The notes under the pieces: generated by a model | Database searches by the model: none | What the model was told of the DNA's origin: nothing | What the model saw: the letters and a program-made list of their open reading frames with translations, nothing else | Position numbers and translations under genes: made by a program | Shown: positions 43,758-53,727 of the stretch, one piece after another | Numbering within the stretch: position 1 is the first letter of the stretch | Layout: each line of letters starts with the position of its first letter | Source of the DNA: Opitutales bacterium | GTDB lineage: Bacteria > Verrucomicrobiota > Verrucomicrobiia > Opitutales > PNEW01 | Assembly: GCA_965197745.1 (NCBI GenBank) | Contig: CBDANS010000006.1 | Coordinates: 704,001 to 768,000, forward strand | Reading direction: 5' to 3' | Length of the DNA stretch: 64,000 nt

Positions 43758-46208
43758 TTAAGTCGGTTTTCCCTGAGAGACAGCAGTACTCTCTTCCAAA
43801 CTACCTATTTCATTATGGTAGGCTACAGCTGTAGCGCCAACAACAGTCGAGAAAAACAACATACCCATGAATATCAAAAATGAAATAAGTGCGTATCCAA
43901 ATGATGCTGGAATAATCCTGGTGGGTTCGCGAACTGACACATAAAATATAACAGACATCATTAATAATGGAAACCAGAAGGCATACATATAAGAGAAAAC
44001 CAAAAACGCAGAAGCAAAACGATGTTTAATCGCTTCTTTACTTAGACGGAAAGCAGCAAAAATCTTGATATCGCTTTCAGCAACTAAGTTTAAGGCATGC
44101 AAATGTTGCCTTTCTATTAAAGCGAATAATACAAATAAACCTAAAATGAATAATGCCCATATGCTAACAGCGATAATCTTATATCCATCTAGAATTAATT
44201 CTAAGTACTGTAATAGAAACTTACCAATAGCACTATAGCCACCGGAAATAACTGAAGTCACCATAACGATACAAAAACCGGCACCAAAAAGTGGGAAGCA
44301 TTTCTTTAGATACATATAAATATCCGTTCCCTTAACCTTTTCTCCTCGTATCGCCTTTAAATACATTCCTTCTAATCCAGTAACAAGAGTTGGGAATAAA
44401 AATGAAAGCATCATTAAAAATAATATTAATGATACTACTACAATGGGTATAATACTTCTAAACCAAAGCTCTCTTGATAATAATAAAAATAAACCCAATA
44501 TTACAACTAAGTGAAAACCTCCGAAAAAAAATGCCAAGAAATGAGATTTTGTAAGCTGCCAGCTTTCACTAAAATATTTACGAATAGTATTTTCTCGAAC
44601 AATGATGACTATCATAATAAGCAGTATGATTCCTATGAATCCGACTGCTACCTGGCCCATGGCATATATTAAACCAAGGGTGGATTGGGCCTGGGTCATT
44701 ACCTGGTCGGCTGCTTTGCGGTACCAATTGACGGCTTCGAAAAAATTTTGCTCAACTCCTCGGCCCTTGGTATACATTGACCCAAGGTTGTTTTGGGCTT
44801 TAGCATGCCCTTGTTCTGCTGCTTTGAGATACCATTTTATGGCTTCGACATAATCCTGAGGTGCCCCTCGGTCACTCTTATACATCAACCCAAGATTATT
44901 TTGGGCCTGGGCCAATCCCTGGTCGGCCGCCTTACGATACCATTTAACCGCTCCCGCATAATCCTGCTCTACCCCTTCGCCATTCTGATACATCGCCCCA
45001 AGTTTGTATTGGGCCTCGACCATTCCCTGATCGGCCGCCTTGCGAGTCCATTTACCCGCTTCGACATAATCCTGCTCTACCCCTTGGCCATTCTGATACA
45101 TCCACCCAAGATTATTTTGGGCCTGGGCCAATCCCTGGTCGGCCGCTTGGCGATACCAATTAAAGGCTTCGACATAATCCTGCTCTACCCCTTCACCATT
45201 CTGATACATCTCCCCAAGGTTGGATTGGGCTTGGGCATGCCCTTGTTCTGCTGCTTTGAGATACCATTTTATGGCTTCGACATAATCCTGAGGTGCCCCT
45301 CGGCCACTCTGATACATCCACCCAAGATTATTTTGGGCCTGGGCCAATCCCTGGTCGGCCGCTTGGCAATACCAATTAAAGGCTTCGACAAAATCCTGTT
45401 CTACCCCTTCGCCCTTGGCATACTTTGACCCAAGGTTGGTTTGGGCAAGAGCGTGTCCCTGTTCTGCTGCTTTGCGGTACCATTTTACGGCTTCCATATA
45501 ATCCTGCTCTACCCCTTCGCCGTTGGCATACACCACCCCGAGGTTGGTTTGGGCTTGGGCATGCCCTTGTTCTGCTGCTTTGCGGTACCATTTTGTGGCT
45601 TCCATATAATCCTGCTCTACCCCTTCGCCGTTGGCATACATCACCCCAAGGTTGGTTTGGGCCTGGGCCAATCCCTAGTCGGCCGCCTTACGATACCATT
45701 TAATCGCTCCAGCATAATCCTGCTCTACCCCTTCGCCATTCTGATACATCGCCCCAAGGTTGGTTTGCGCTTTGGCATGCCTTTGTTCTGCTGCTTTGAG
45801 ATACCATTTTATGGCTTCGACATAATCCTGAGGTGCCCCTCGGCCACTCCGATACATCAACCCAAGGTTGGATTGGGCCTGGGCCAATCCCAGTTCGGCC
45901 GCCTTACGATACCATTTAACCGCTCCAGCATAATCCTGCTCTACCCCTTCGCCCTTGGCATACTTTGACCCAAGGTTGGTTTGGGCAAGAGCGTATCCCT
46001 GTTCGGCTGCTTTGCGGTACCATTTTACGGCTTCCACATAATCCTGAGTTACCCCTCGGCCTTTGTCATACATCATCCCAAGGTTGTTTTGGGCTTCAGC
46101 ATCGCCTTTTTCGGCGCGTGCTTTTAAATCTGATAACTCGGTATTCTCTGCTTCCAGCGCAGTGCCGAGTAGAAATAGGATAGCGAAAATTGATAGCCAA
46201 TGCTTCAC
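43758..46208 (-). pseudogene. Signal peptide + 13 Sel1 repeats fused to a multi-pass membrane domain; in-frame TAG
   Basis: 108-bp tandem repeats; TAG at 45675-45677 where sister repeats read CAG (AADQGL); several hydrophobic helices in the AT-rich 3' part. Confidence 0.85.
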
Positions 46209-46216
46209 TGTAGTAA

Positions 46217-46333
46217 TTAAGTTGGATTTCCCTAAGAGACAGCAGTCCTCTCTTCCAAACTACCTATTTCGTGTTGGTAGGCTACAGCCGTTGCGCCAGC
46301 AACTGTCAAGAAAAACAACATACTCATGAATAT
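46217..46333 (-). repeat. Orphan copy of the 3' end of the Sel1-membrane gene (43758-43874); third copy 56120-56203
   Basis: ttaagt.gg.tttccct.agagacagcag..ctctcttccaa...ggtaggct.cagc shared by all three. Confidence 0.9.
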
Positions 46334-46426
46334 AAATAATACGGATACAATATTTCTTAAGTGTATCTTACCCTCCCCCTTAACATTGACTTATGTTTTA
46401 CTTACAATGGTTGTTTTTTTAATAAC

Positions 46427-48331
46427 TTATGGCGTAGGACGAAAGCGAAAAGAATAGAGGTCGGCGTCTTTGCAAACAAAACGTAAACGGACGGGTTGTC
46501 CCGACAGTTTGCCAAGACTGGAAGAATCCAACCAGTTTACCTTGCGCTCGATGGAGTCGCCGAATACAGGGTGACAATCCGCCAAAGTAAATCCTTCTAT
46601 CGGCTTGCCCGATGCACCCTGGATTTCTACCTGGACACCACCAGCGGCGGAGCTCGAGAAATTAATGACCATCTCGTCGCCATCGAAAACAAGCGGCTTG
46701 GTGACCAGTTCACCGCCGCTGAGAGGCGCATTGATCGAAACGAACCCGTCGATGCGCATAGTATAGCGGCGAAGATGACTGCTCGTACCAGTCCAATAGC
46801 CTTCCGTGGCATAGAGAGACAACTCGTTCGGAGCGTCTTCAAATTTCGACTTTGTTTCAACCAAATGCCAGGCAATGTACTGGTTACCGTAGGCCCAACT
46901 GTGTTTTCGCTCGATTCCCGGTCGCAGAAACGCTTCATCCCATCGTTTGAAAGTCTGTCCGTCTCGACTGGTCATGAAAAGGGCTTCGGTAACAGCGGCG
47001 CCGAATCGGGGCTCCAGCTTATCATGGCCTTCGTGAACAATAAGCTCTAGATCAGAACCGGCTCGTTGAAGGCGCTCGGATAATTCCGGCAGCGCACTTG
47101 TTGAATCCGTCCATCCGCGGTTGATATAGCGGGTAGGGAAGCCGATAAGAATATGAGGCGCTCGGTAGTACGGTTTGATCTGGTTGGTGTAAAGATGATC
47201 GGGCCGCGCGCCTGGGTACTTTAGACGAACGGGATCGACCCAGTTTATAAAGTCACTCGAGGTCATCGTCATTATGTCGCGGCGGTCATCCGGCCAGGAA
47301 CGAAAGTAGAGACGGTAAAGACCATTAGCAGAATCCCAAAAAGCCAGGTTTTGCGAATCGAAATAAATACTTTTTACGGTCGGTTCAAAGATCTTCATTT
47401 CGCTTTCTGAAATGATCTTTTTGTCACTCATTGCTGTCCAATGAATGCCGTCAGCCGACTTAAAAACCCTTAATCCTTCGAAATCACCGGACACGCGGAT
47501 GGCTTTGTAACGTGCATCCGGTGGGGCTTCCGGGTTTGTGTCTTTAAACACCGCGACATGTCCTGCGTCGACAGCATTGAGAAATATCGGACCAAACACG
47601 GCTCTGTCAGAATCACTCGAACCTTCATCGACCGGAGTGACGGGGGAAGCCGCTACGGTGATGACCGAGGTATCACTGTTAATATAAACTCCGGCTTTTG
47701 TTGTTATCTGGACCCAGAAGTTTGTGCTCTCATTGAGAGGGCCGGTATTCAGTGTGTTGCTGGTTGCTCCTGCGATGGGGTTAGAAGTGTCACCAGGTTT
47801 GCCGATATACCATTGATATTTCAGACCGTCACCTTTTACGACAATGGAAATAACTACCGCGGTACCGGACTGCACTTCCCAGTCGGTCTGGTTGTCGGCC
47901 CACATGATATTGTTTTTCTTTGATCCGTTGAACTCAATGAGACCCAATTCGGGTTTGCGCCAGTGAATACCGTCGTCACTTTCCGCGTAACACAAGAATA
48001 GCGGGTGCGTCCAGTCGAGCATACCTTCGGTGGTAGTATACTGGCTCGCCTTGTAGTACAAACGAAAGAGATCACCGTCTTTAAAGATGCTGTGATAGTT
48101 CGTGGCATTGCCTTCCCAAGGTTCATCGTGCACAATTACCACATCCTGCGGAGTGGGATGGTGTAAAATCATTCGGGCTTCACTGGACAACTCGTCGACT
48201 AAATAATCATCGACAAACAACTCCCAACGCGAACCAATGTCGATCGGCTCCTGAGAATGGTTGGAAATGTCAGCACAAGCGAGAATGAGTACTGTTGATA
48301 ATAAAATATATACTTTTGATAATAATTTCAT
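46427..48331 (-). CDS. Secreted/lipoprotein beta-propeller glycoside hydrolase-like protein (GH32/43/130-like) with inserted Ig domain
   Basis: LFVDD, YAESDDGIHWRKP, SADGIHW, DSQN, SRDGQTF Asp-box-like motifs, RIDGFVS; Ig insert about 47573-47890. Confidence 0.75.
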   Translation of the reverse strand: MKLLSKVYILLSTVLILACADISNHSQEPIDIGSRWELFVDDYLVDELSSEARMILHHPTPQDVVIVHDEPWEGNATNYHSIFKDGDLFRLYYKASQYTTTEGMLDWTHPLFLCYAESDDGIHWRKPELGLIEFNGSKKNNIMWADNQTDWEVQSGTAVVISIVVKGDGLKYQWYIGKPGDTSNPIAGATSNTLNTGPLNESTNFWVQITTKAGVYINSDTSVITVAASPVTPVDEGSSDSDRAVFGPIFLNAVDAGHVAVFKDTNPEAPPDARYKAIRVSGDFEGLRVFKSADGIHWTAMSDKKIISESEMKIFEPTVKSIYFDSQNLAFWDSANGLYRLYFRSWPDDRRDIMTMTSSDFINWVDPVRLKYPGARPDHLYTNQIKPYYRAPHILIGFPTRYINRGWTDSTSALPELSERLQRAGSDLELIVHEGHDKLEPRFGAAVTEALFMTSRDGQTFKRWDEAFLRPGIERKHSWAYGNQYIAWHLVETKSKFEDAPNELSLYATEGYWTGTSSHLRRYTMRIDGFVSINAPLSGGELVTKPLVFDGDEMVINFSSSAAGGVQVEIQGASGKPIEGFTLADCHPVFGDSIERKVNWLDSSSLGKLSGQPVRLRFVCKDADLYSFRFRPTP

Positions 48332-48546
48332 AGCGGAGATTTTCGGTTACAGATTGTGTATTTGCGATTGTAATGAATAGCACAGGTAGATAATGCACTA
48401 CCTGAGTGCAGTCAACCCTACCAAAACATCAAGAGAGAGAGCAAAAGAAAACATGGGAATTGTCATCTTTTTCTTTTCATTGAGGTTATCTGTTTATTCC
48501 GATAACCACTCTCTGTAAATGATACGATTTTTGGGGGTCACTCCAA

Positions 48547-48614
48547 TCAGTTACCAATCTTGACAACATTATCCCCATACGCAATTTACAGAACTTTAAA
48601 ATCACTTGTTATGC
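48547..48614 (+). mobile_element. attI-like pad, family B copy 1
   Basis: Inverted homolog of 50040-50109; ends in CACTT-GTTATGC. Confidence 0.55.
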
Positions 48615-48624
48615 GTGAGGACCA

Positions 48625-49531
48625 AATGAGAGAAGACAAGATGACAGTCCGTGCCATCAATACCTATCCATTCGAGACGGAATGGCTGCTCGGGGAAATC
48701 AGGTGTGACGTCCCGAAGCCGACTGGCGAGTACAAGCCTGGCGTCGTATACCTGGCACACAAAGGGGAGCCTAAGCCACCCCACAAACCAGGGTACGATT
48801 TGCTGCCTGATGTACCCCGTCAAGCGTTGCTGATGCCGGAGTGGCTAAAAAAAGCGAATTGTAGCGACGGCATCTTCTGGTCACCGTGTCACGCCAATTC
48901 ACTGTCCCTGCTGGACCAGGACACCGTGGTATTCAAAGTTGCAGCCGATCAGACTCGCAACTGGAATCTGTCCGTTGAGTTCCGATATAGACCGGGACCT
49001 GACTGGATCGATTTTGAAATGCGGCTAATGCCAAATACAGCACACGAGGACTTTGATTTCTTTTTTGCATCGTATATCATTGAAGACATGGAAAGCACAT
49101 GGGTCCCTGCGCTCACTGATGGCTATGAGGAGTGGCGGAAGCTTGACAACCGAAAGACAAAGCCGTGGGGCAGAATGTACGGTGTTCCTCGCGATGAAAC
49201 ATACCGACAGCAGATATTCGATGGTCGTTATGGAGAGATGAAAGACAGTTCTGGAATAGAAGACTACTGCTATTCCAGGCCCATTATCGCATGCCACAAG
49301 GAAAAGACGGGACTCGCCTGTGTCACGCTGGTGGAACCCGAAAAGAATAGAATACTGTGCGGCCAGAAACATCAGTACGAGACCGCACACGACTTCACTT
49401 TCAGCGGCGACCTTGTGCCCGGCGAACTGTTCACCGGTAAAGCACGACTTGTAGTAAGAAACATAGGATCCTTTTCGGACGCTGTTACGGAGATCGACAG
49501 GATGTGGGATGAGTTTCGGGGAACTCTATAA
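48625..49531 (+). CDS. Hypothetical protein (possibly galactose mutarotase-like beta-sandwich), cassette-like
   Basis: Long ORF directly after the GTTATGC core; start uncertain (48610/48625/48640). Confidence 0.6.
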
Positions 49532-49582
49532 TGATAAAAGTGAGGCACGCCGTTAGGCGTTGCCTCCACTGTCTGGTTGAGA
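49526..49582 (-). mobile_element. attC site with mutated R'
   Basis: Minus strand TCTCAAC-CAGACAGTGGAGGCAACG..CGTGCCTCACTTTTATC-ATTATAG. Confidence 0.7.
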
Positions 49583-49990
49583 TTTTGTTTCATCGGGATC
49601 GATCTCATTGGTTCTATAAATTGCGCGCTCATCTTCAACAGAATAGCCCCGTCCGCCCAGTCGACTTAGCATCGCAGCCATCCGGTCCAACTCGCTCTTT
49701 CGCCTCTGGCTCGTCTTTTCTTCCAAGGCCTTTCCGACCACCAAAACATCCTGAATCGCGGCACACTCCAAAGCAGAGCCCCGCGCGATCTCAAAATACC
49801 TTCTTCGGTCCGGTTCAGATGTTTTTCCATTGCCTTCCGCAATGTTCAGAGGAATCGACTGGCTTGCCCGTAGCCACTGGTCGCGGGCGTGACGATGAAC
49901 GCCATTCAACCTTTCGGACGCTTCATAAACCCAAGCGACATAGTCGATGGAAAGACCGTAAACATCCAGTTTCTCGTGTCCCAATGTCAT
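49553..49990 (-). CDS. Four-helix bundle protein (23S rRNA IVP-like family), cassette
   Basis: HEKLDVY, DQWLRASQSIPLNIAEG, FEIARGSALEC. Confidence 0.9.
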   Translation of the reverse strand: MTLGHEKLDVYGLSIDYVAWVYEASERLNGVHRHARDQWLRASQSIPLNIAEGNGKTSEPDRRRYFEIARGSALECAAIQDVLVVGKALEEKTSQRRKSELDRMAAMLSRLGGRGYSVEDERAIYRTNEIDPDETKSQPDSGGNA

Positions 49991-50039
49991 CTTACTTCGA
50001 TACCGATAACGATCCCAATTTCGATTTGGATTGTTTTAC

Positions 50040-50109
50040 TCACAACAAGTAATTATAAAGTTCTGAATAATTCGCGTATCGGGATAATGTTACAAAGGTT
50101 GACAACTGA
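50040..50109 (-). mobile_element. attI-like pad, family B copy 2
   Basis: Minus strand tcagttgtcaacc..aacattatcccgatacgc..cagaactttataattactt-GTTGTGA. Confidence 0.55.
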
Positions 50110-50152
50110 GAGCAAAATAAAAAGAGCGTGGCGACTTTTGACTATGTTAGCC

Positions 50153-50213
50153 TATTAACAAGGCACTCCAGCGGACGCGCAAAGACGCGCTCCACTGCGC
50201 TTTGCCGTTAGGC
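50153..50213 (+). mobile_element. attC site of a gene-less cassette
   Basis: TATTAAC-AAGGCACTCCAGCGGACGCG..GCGCTCCACTGCGCTTTGCC-GTTAGGC directly after core GTTAGCC (50146-50152). Confidence 0.75.
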
Positions 50214-50224
50214 GAAAATAGAAG

Positions 50225-50896
50225 ATGAACATACTCTACGACCTAGACGGAACGATAAGCGATCCACTTGAGGGCATTGCAAAATGCCTGAACTACGCAC
50301 TCTCGAAGCTTGGCCATAGAGAAAGAGAATTAGAGAGCCTATCGAAGTACATCGGTCCGTCTCTGAAGATCGCATTAAGCGAACTCCTCGGAACAAAAGA
50401 CGACGACAGACTGAACGAAGTGATCCAGCTTTTCCGCGAAAGATACATTCCTATCGGTTTCAAGGAAAACAAGCTTTACCCCGGCATCGCACAGCTTCTT
50501 TCGGACGTAGCAGGCGTACAGCACCGACAATTCATAGCCACATCCAAAAGGGCAGACATCGCTGAAAGCGTCGTGAGCAACTTCCAACTCAATCGATACT
50601 TCGAAAGAGTTTACGGATCTGATGTAGGACGATCGAAAACAGGTTTAGTCGAAGAGATTTTGATTAGGGAAGGTCTCGAAAAATCTGAGACCGTGATGAT
50701 TGGAGATCGGTCTTTTGACATCGTAGCTGGCAACGAAAATGGAATACAAACAATAGGAGTTCTTTGGGGATACGGGAGTCGGGGGGAACTGGAAGCAGCA
50801 GGGGCTAACTCCATAGTCAGCACAGTCGATGAACTGAAACAAACAATCATGCCTAACAAAACGCCGCAGACAACGGCGACAAGTCGCCGCGTCTGA
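50225..50896 (+). CDS. HAD-family phosphatase (phosphoglycolate phosphatase/5'-nucleotidase-like), cassette
   Basis: YDLDGT, ATSK, MIGDRSFDI, GVLWGYG. Confidence 0.9.
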   Translation: MNILYDLDGTISDPLEGIAKCLNYALSKLGHRERELESLSKYIGPSLKIALSELLGTKDDDRLNEVIQLFRERYIPIGFKENKLYPGIAQLLSDVAGVQHRQFIATSKRADIAESVVSNFQLNRYFERVYGSDVGRSKTGLVEEILIREGLEKSETVMIGDRSFDIVAGNENGIQTIGVLWGYGSRGELEAAGANSIVSTVDELKQTIMPNKTPQTTATSRRV

Positions 50897-50910
50897 GCTT
50901 GGCGTTATGT
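50851..50910 (+). mobile_element. Integron attC site
   Basis: GCCTAAC...GTTATGT, 60 bp; R'' exactly complementary to the cassette 5' core GTTAGGC. Confidence 0.85.
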
Positions 50911-50935
50911 GTCTCTATAGTAAGGAAATAGCACG

Positions 50936-52210
50936 TTGATATTGGGGACCTTTGCAGTTAACTGCACACCGCCGGTCGGATGTCCCGTATCATTCGGGAC
51001 AACGGGCGGTACGACAGATATCAGAGATCCGCTTTTCTTAAGGGGTTTCGTCCTTGATGATGAATACCACAGATGCCTTATTGCAACCATGGATTTTTGC
51101 GGTTTGATGAATAGCGCTTACGATGATCTCGCTGGGGCACTTGCCAAGGCCATTAATGCCCCAATCGAGCGCGTCATCATTCACTGCATCCATCAACATG
51201 ATGCTCCGCTGTTGAACTATGAGATCGAAGCATATCTCAATTGCGAGACCTATCCCAGGCAATGGTGGACCGATGTGCTGGAGAAATGTGCTCAATCTGC
51301 GGCGGAATGTCTTGATAGGATGGTCACTATATCCTCTCTGGGATACAACGAAACCCGACTCCACGGCTATGCGTCGAACAGAAGGATCCTGGGACACGAC
51401 GGGAAGGTAGTCGGTATGAGGTCCAGTAAATGCAGTGACTCTGCGCTCAAAAATGAACCTGTAGGAGTCATCGATCCGATGCTCAGGACGGTGGCCTTCA
51501 AAGATTCATCGGACAAGATAGCGGGGTCAATGAGTTTTTATGCGACACATCCCCAGGTCTCGAATGGCAGGAACATCTACAGCGCCGATGCTCAAGGTGA
51601 AGCGTTGAATATCCTGGCAGGGCACTTGGAAGATGGACTACACGGGTTCTTCACCGGAGCGGGTGGAAACGTTGCAGCAGGTAAATATTCTTCTGCAACC
51701 GATCTGGAGAGCAACCTTCTCAAGTTCGGAAAGATCCTGGCGGATGGGATTCGCCTGAACCTTGGCGCAATGAAATGGGAAGAGGCAAGAGAACTGCACT
51801 GGCATTCGACTGACTTCCCTTTCCCGTTCCAACAGATGGACAAGGACGATCTGTTAAGTCAGATCAACGATGAAAGCGCCAGTCACGACGAAAGGCTTCA
51901 AAAAGCTGTTCTCCTGACCTGCCTTGAATATGAAAAAAACGCGTCATATCATCTGTCTCTACTGAGGACAGGGAGTGTCAAAATGCTATTTTTGCCAGGT
52001 GAGCCCTTTGTTGAATATCAACTTTATGCTCAGTCACTCATCCCTGATGAGTTCCTGGCCGTTGTGGGCAATTGCAGTGATAATTTCTTGTATCTGCCTT
52101 TGGCGAAGCATTTCGATGAGGGAGGATACGAGGTGGATTCATTCTGTTGGTGCACAATGGACTTTGAGAGACGTTTCAAGAAAGCTCTGCCCAGCGTGCT
52201 CTTAAGATAG
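50936..52210 (+). CDS. Neutral/alkaline ceramidase-like hypothetical hydrolase, cassette
   Basis: DPLFLRG, HCIHQHDAP, IDPMLR, FYATHPQ, LPGEPFVEYQL, EGGYE motifs. Confidence 0.65.
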   Translation: MILGTFAVNCTPPVGCPVSFGTTGGTTDIRDPLFLRGFVLDDEYHRCLIATMDFCGLMNSAYDDLAGALAKAINAPIERVIIHCIHQHDAPLLNYEIEAYLNCETYPRQWWTDVLEKCAQSAAECLDRMVTISSLGYNETRLHGYASNRRILGHDGKVVGMRSSKCSDSALKNEPVGVIDPMLRTVAFKDSSDKIAGSMSFYATHPQVSNGRNIYSADAQGEALNILAGHLEDGLHGFFTGAGGNVAAGKYSSATDLESNLLKFGKILADGIRLNLGAMKWEEARELHWHSTDFPFPFQQMDKDDLLSQINDESASHDERLQKAVLLTCLEYEKNASYHLSLLRTGSVKMLFLPGEPFVEYQLYAQSLIPDEFLAVVGNCSDNFLYLPLAKHFDEGGYEVDSFCWCTMDFERRFKKALPSVLLR

Positions 52211-52223
52211 ATGCTTATGTGAT

Positions 52224-52283
52224 ACATAACATGCCGCTCCAGCGGACGCGAAATAAGCGCGGCACTGAGCTTAATCGTTAGTA
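52224..52283 (+). mobile_element. Integron attC site
   Basis: ACATAAC-ATGCCGCTCCAGCGGACGCG..GCGCGGCACTGAGCTTAATC-GTTAGTA, 60 bp; R'' complementary to the cassette 5' GTTATGT. Confidence 0.85.
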
Positions 52284-52636
52284 GAATCCGCTTATTCTAA
52301 GCCGCATCAAACAATCGAAAATAGATAACATCAGCTCGCAATCAAAACGCTTCCTCAGCGATCCTCCAGCGTTGTGGTGCTTTGCGTAACGAAACTAAAA
52401 GCAAAATTGCAGTGCGTCATCTCATATCATCGATTTAATATTATATTAATATATATTGGGATAAAAATAGTGATATAAAAATAAACCTTTCTTGATTATT
52501 AAGCACTTAAAACATCAAACCAACAGTTTATACATCAATTGTTATAAGTACTATATCCTCTATTGTAAATTTACTCACCCGATGCCTTGAACTAAGAATA
52601 TCTGCCTAATTTTCGGATTCTTGGCCGCTCGAGTCG

Positions 52637-53632
52637 TCAAGCACCGGAGCTTATCTCCAACCACTCCAACGGCGGGAACGGTTCCCCGAAAAGTGCTTGC
52701 GTCAGCTCACCCCAGAGTCGTTCCGCATTGTCACTGTTGCCCATAAATACCGCGCCGGTACGGGATTCGGGAAAGCCGATAACGAACGAGCGTGTGCAAG
52801 GTCTTGCGCCCCACTGCCACGCAGCGAGCTGGTCGTCGCCGCGATGGATCCCCCATCCCAAACCCCAATGGATCGAGCTGTTGACCGGGACTTGCGGCGT
52901 GAACATCGCACGGTGCAGATCATCTGAAAGTCGAAGCGGATGGTCGCGAGGCTGTGTCAGCACGAAGCGCAGGAAGCGGGCGTAATCCAGCACGCTGCAG
53001 TGAAGACTAGCGGCGGCATTCATCTCGGGCAGAATTGCCTTCGGTCTGGATTTACCATCCGCATCGTGCGTATGCGCAACGGGCAGGTCCTCGTTCCCTG
53101 TCCACACGAACGCAGCGCCTTGCATCTCGAGGGGCGTCATCACCTCCCGCGCGATGTAAGCGTATACCGCGTCGTCGACTAACGTATCCACAACGTGCTG
53201 CAGGTAAAGGAAGCCTTCGCCCGAATAGGAGAATTGTCGGCCGGGGGCAAAGTGCGTTCGCAGCACATCTTCACCTCGCATGTTCGGAAATCCCGACGCG
53301 TGGCTCAACACATGGCGGGTGGTGATCGCGTTGACGCGCTCGTCCTCCACGTAGTCGTGGTCGAGGTATGCGCGAAGAGGTCGATCAAGTTCCAGAAGTT
53401 CCGCCTCGCAGAGCTTCAGGACGGCATACGCGAACACCTGCTTGCTGAGCGAAGCCGCTTCGAAGACCGACGTCGATGTCACCGGTTCATTCGTGTCGGT
53501 GCACAGCACGCCGAAGTTCTGGTTCCAGGCGATTTCACCGTCTATCACAACGCAAACACAGAGACCGGGCACTGTCTCGCGCGCCATCCACTCGGGGATG
53601 GCTGCAGTGAGAGAGGTAAAGTCAATGTTCAT
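52637..53632 (-). CDS. Serine hydrolase, beta-lactamase/class C-like family
   Basis: FEAASLSK (SxxK), VLSHASG, FSYSGEG, WGLGW; GC-rich versus AT-rich flanks. Confidence 0.85.
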   Translation of the reverse strand: MNIDFTSLTAAIPEWMARETVPGLCVCVVIDGEIAWNQNFGVLCTDTNEPVTSTSVFEAASLSKQVFAYAVLKLCEAELLELDRPLRAYLDHDYVEDERVNAITTRHVLSHASGFPNMRGEDVLRTHFAPGRQFSYSGEGFLYLQHVVDTLVDDAVYAYIAREVMTPLEMQGAAFVWTGNEDLPVAHTHDADGKSRPKAILPEMNAAASLHCSVLDYARFLRFVLTQPRDHPLRLSDDLHRAMFTPQVPVNSSIHWGLGWGIHRGDDQLAAWQWGARPCTRSFVIGFPESRTGAVFMGNSDNAERLWGELTQALFGEPFPPLEWLEISSGA

Positions 53633-53727
53633 CGTTCAGATAAGAAATCGCTGTTGTTTATACATCAACTGACTAAAATGCCTCATATACCATCATGTAA
53701 TTACCCTTTATCAGATAACGGTCCCAC

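Noticed and set aside
7510..45677. Stop-codon reassignment or Sec/Pyl readthrough to explain in-frame TAG/TGA
   Set aside because: Many intact genes end in TAG or TGA; the stops sit at Gly and Gln positions of paralogous repeats and co-occur with frameshifts
44680..46090. Regular repeats as a CRISPR array
   Set aside because: They are 108-bp in-frame Sel1 coding repeats without unique spacers; no cas genes. The same applies to the LRR and FG-GAP repeats
49553..49990. Four-helix bundle protein as the Avd of a diversity-generating retroelement
   Set aside because: No reverse transcriptase in the window, and the duplicated segments do not show adenine-specific mismatches by eye
52604..52642. 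attC downstream of the serine hydrolase
   Set aside because: Both R boxes would be mutated and the spacing is too short for an attC
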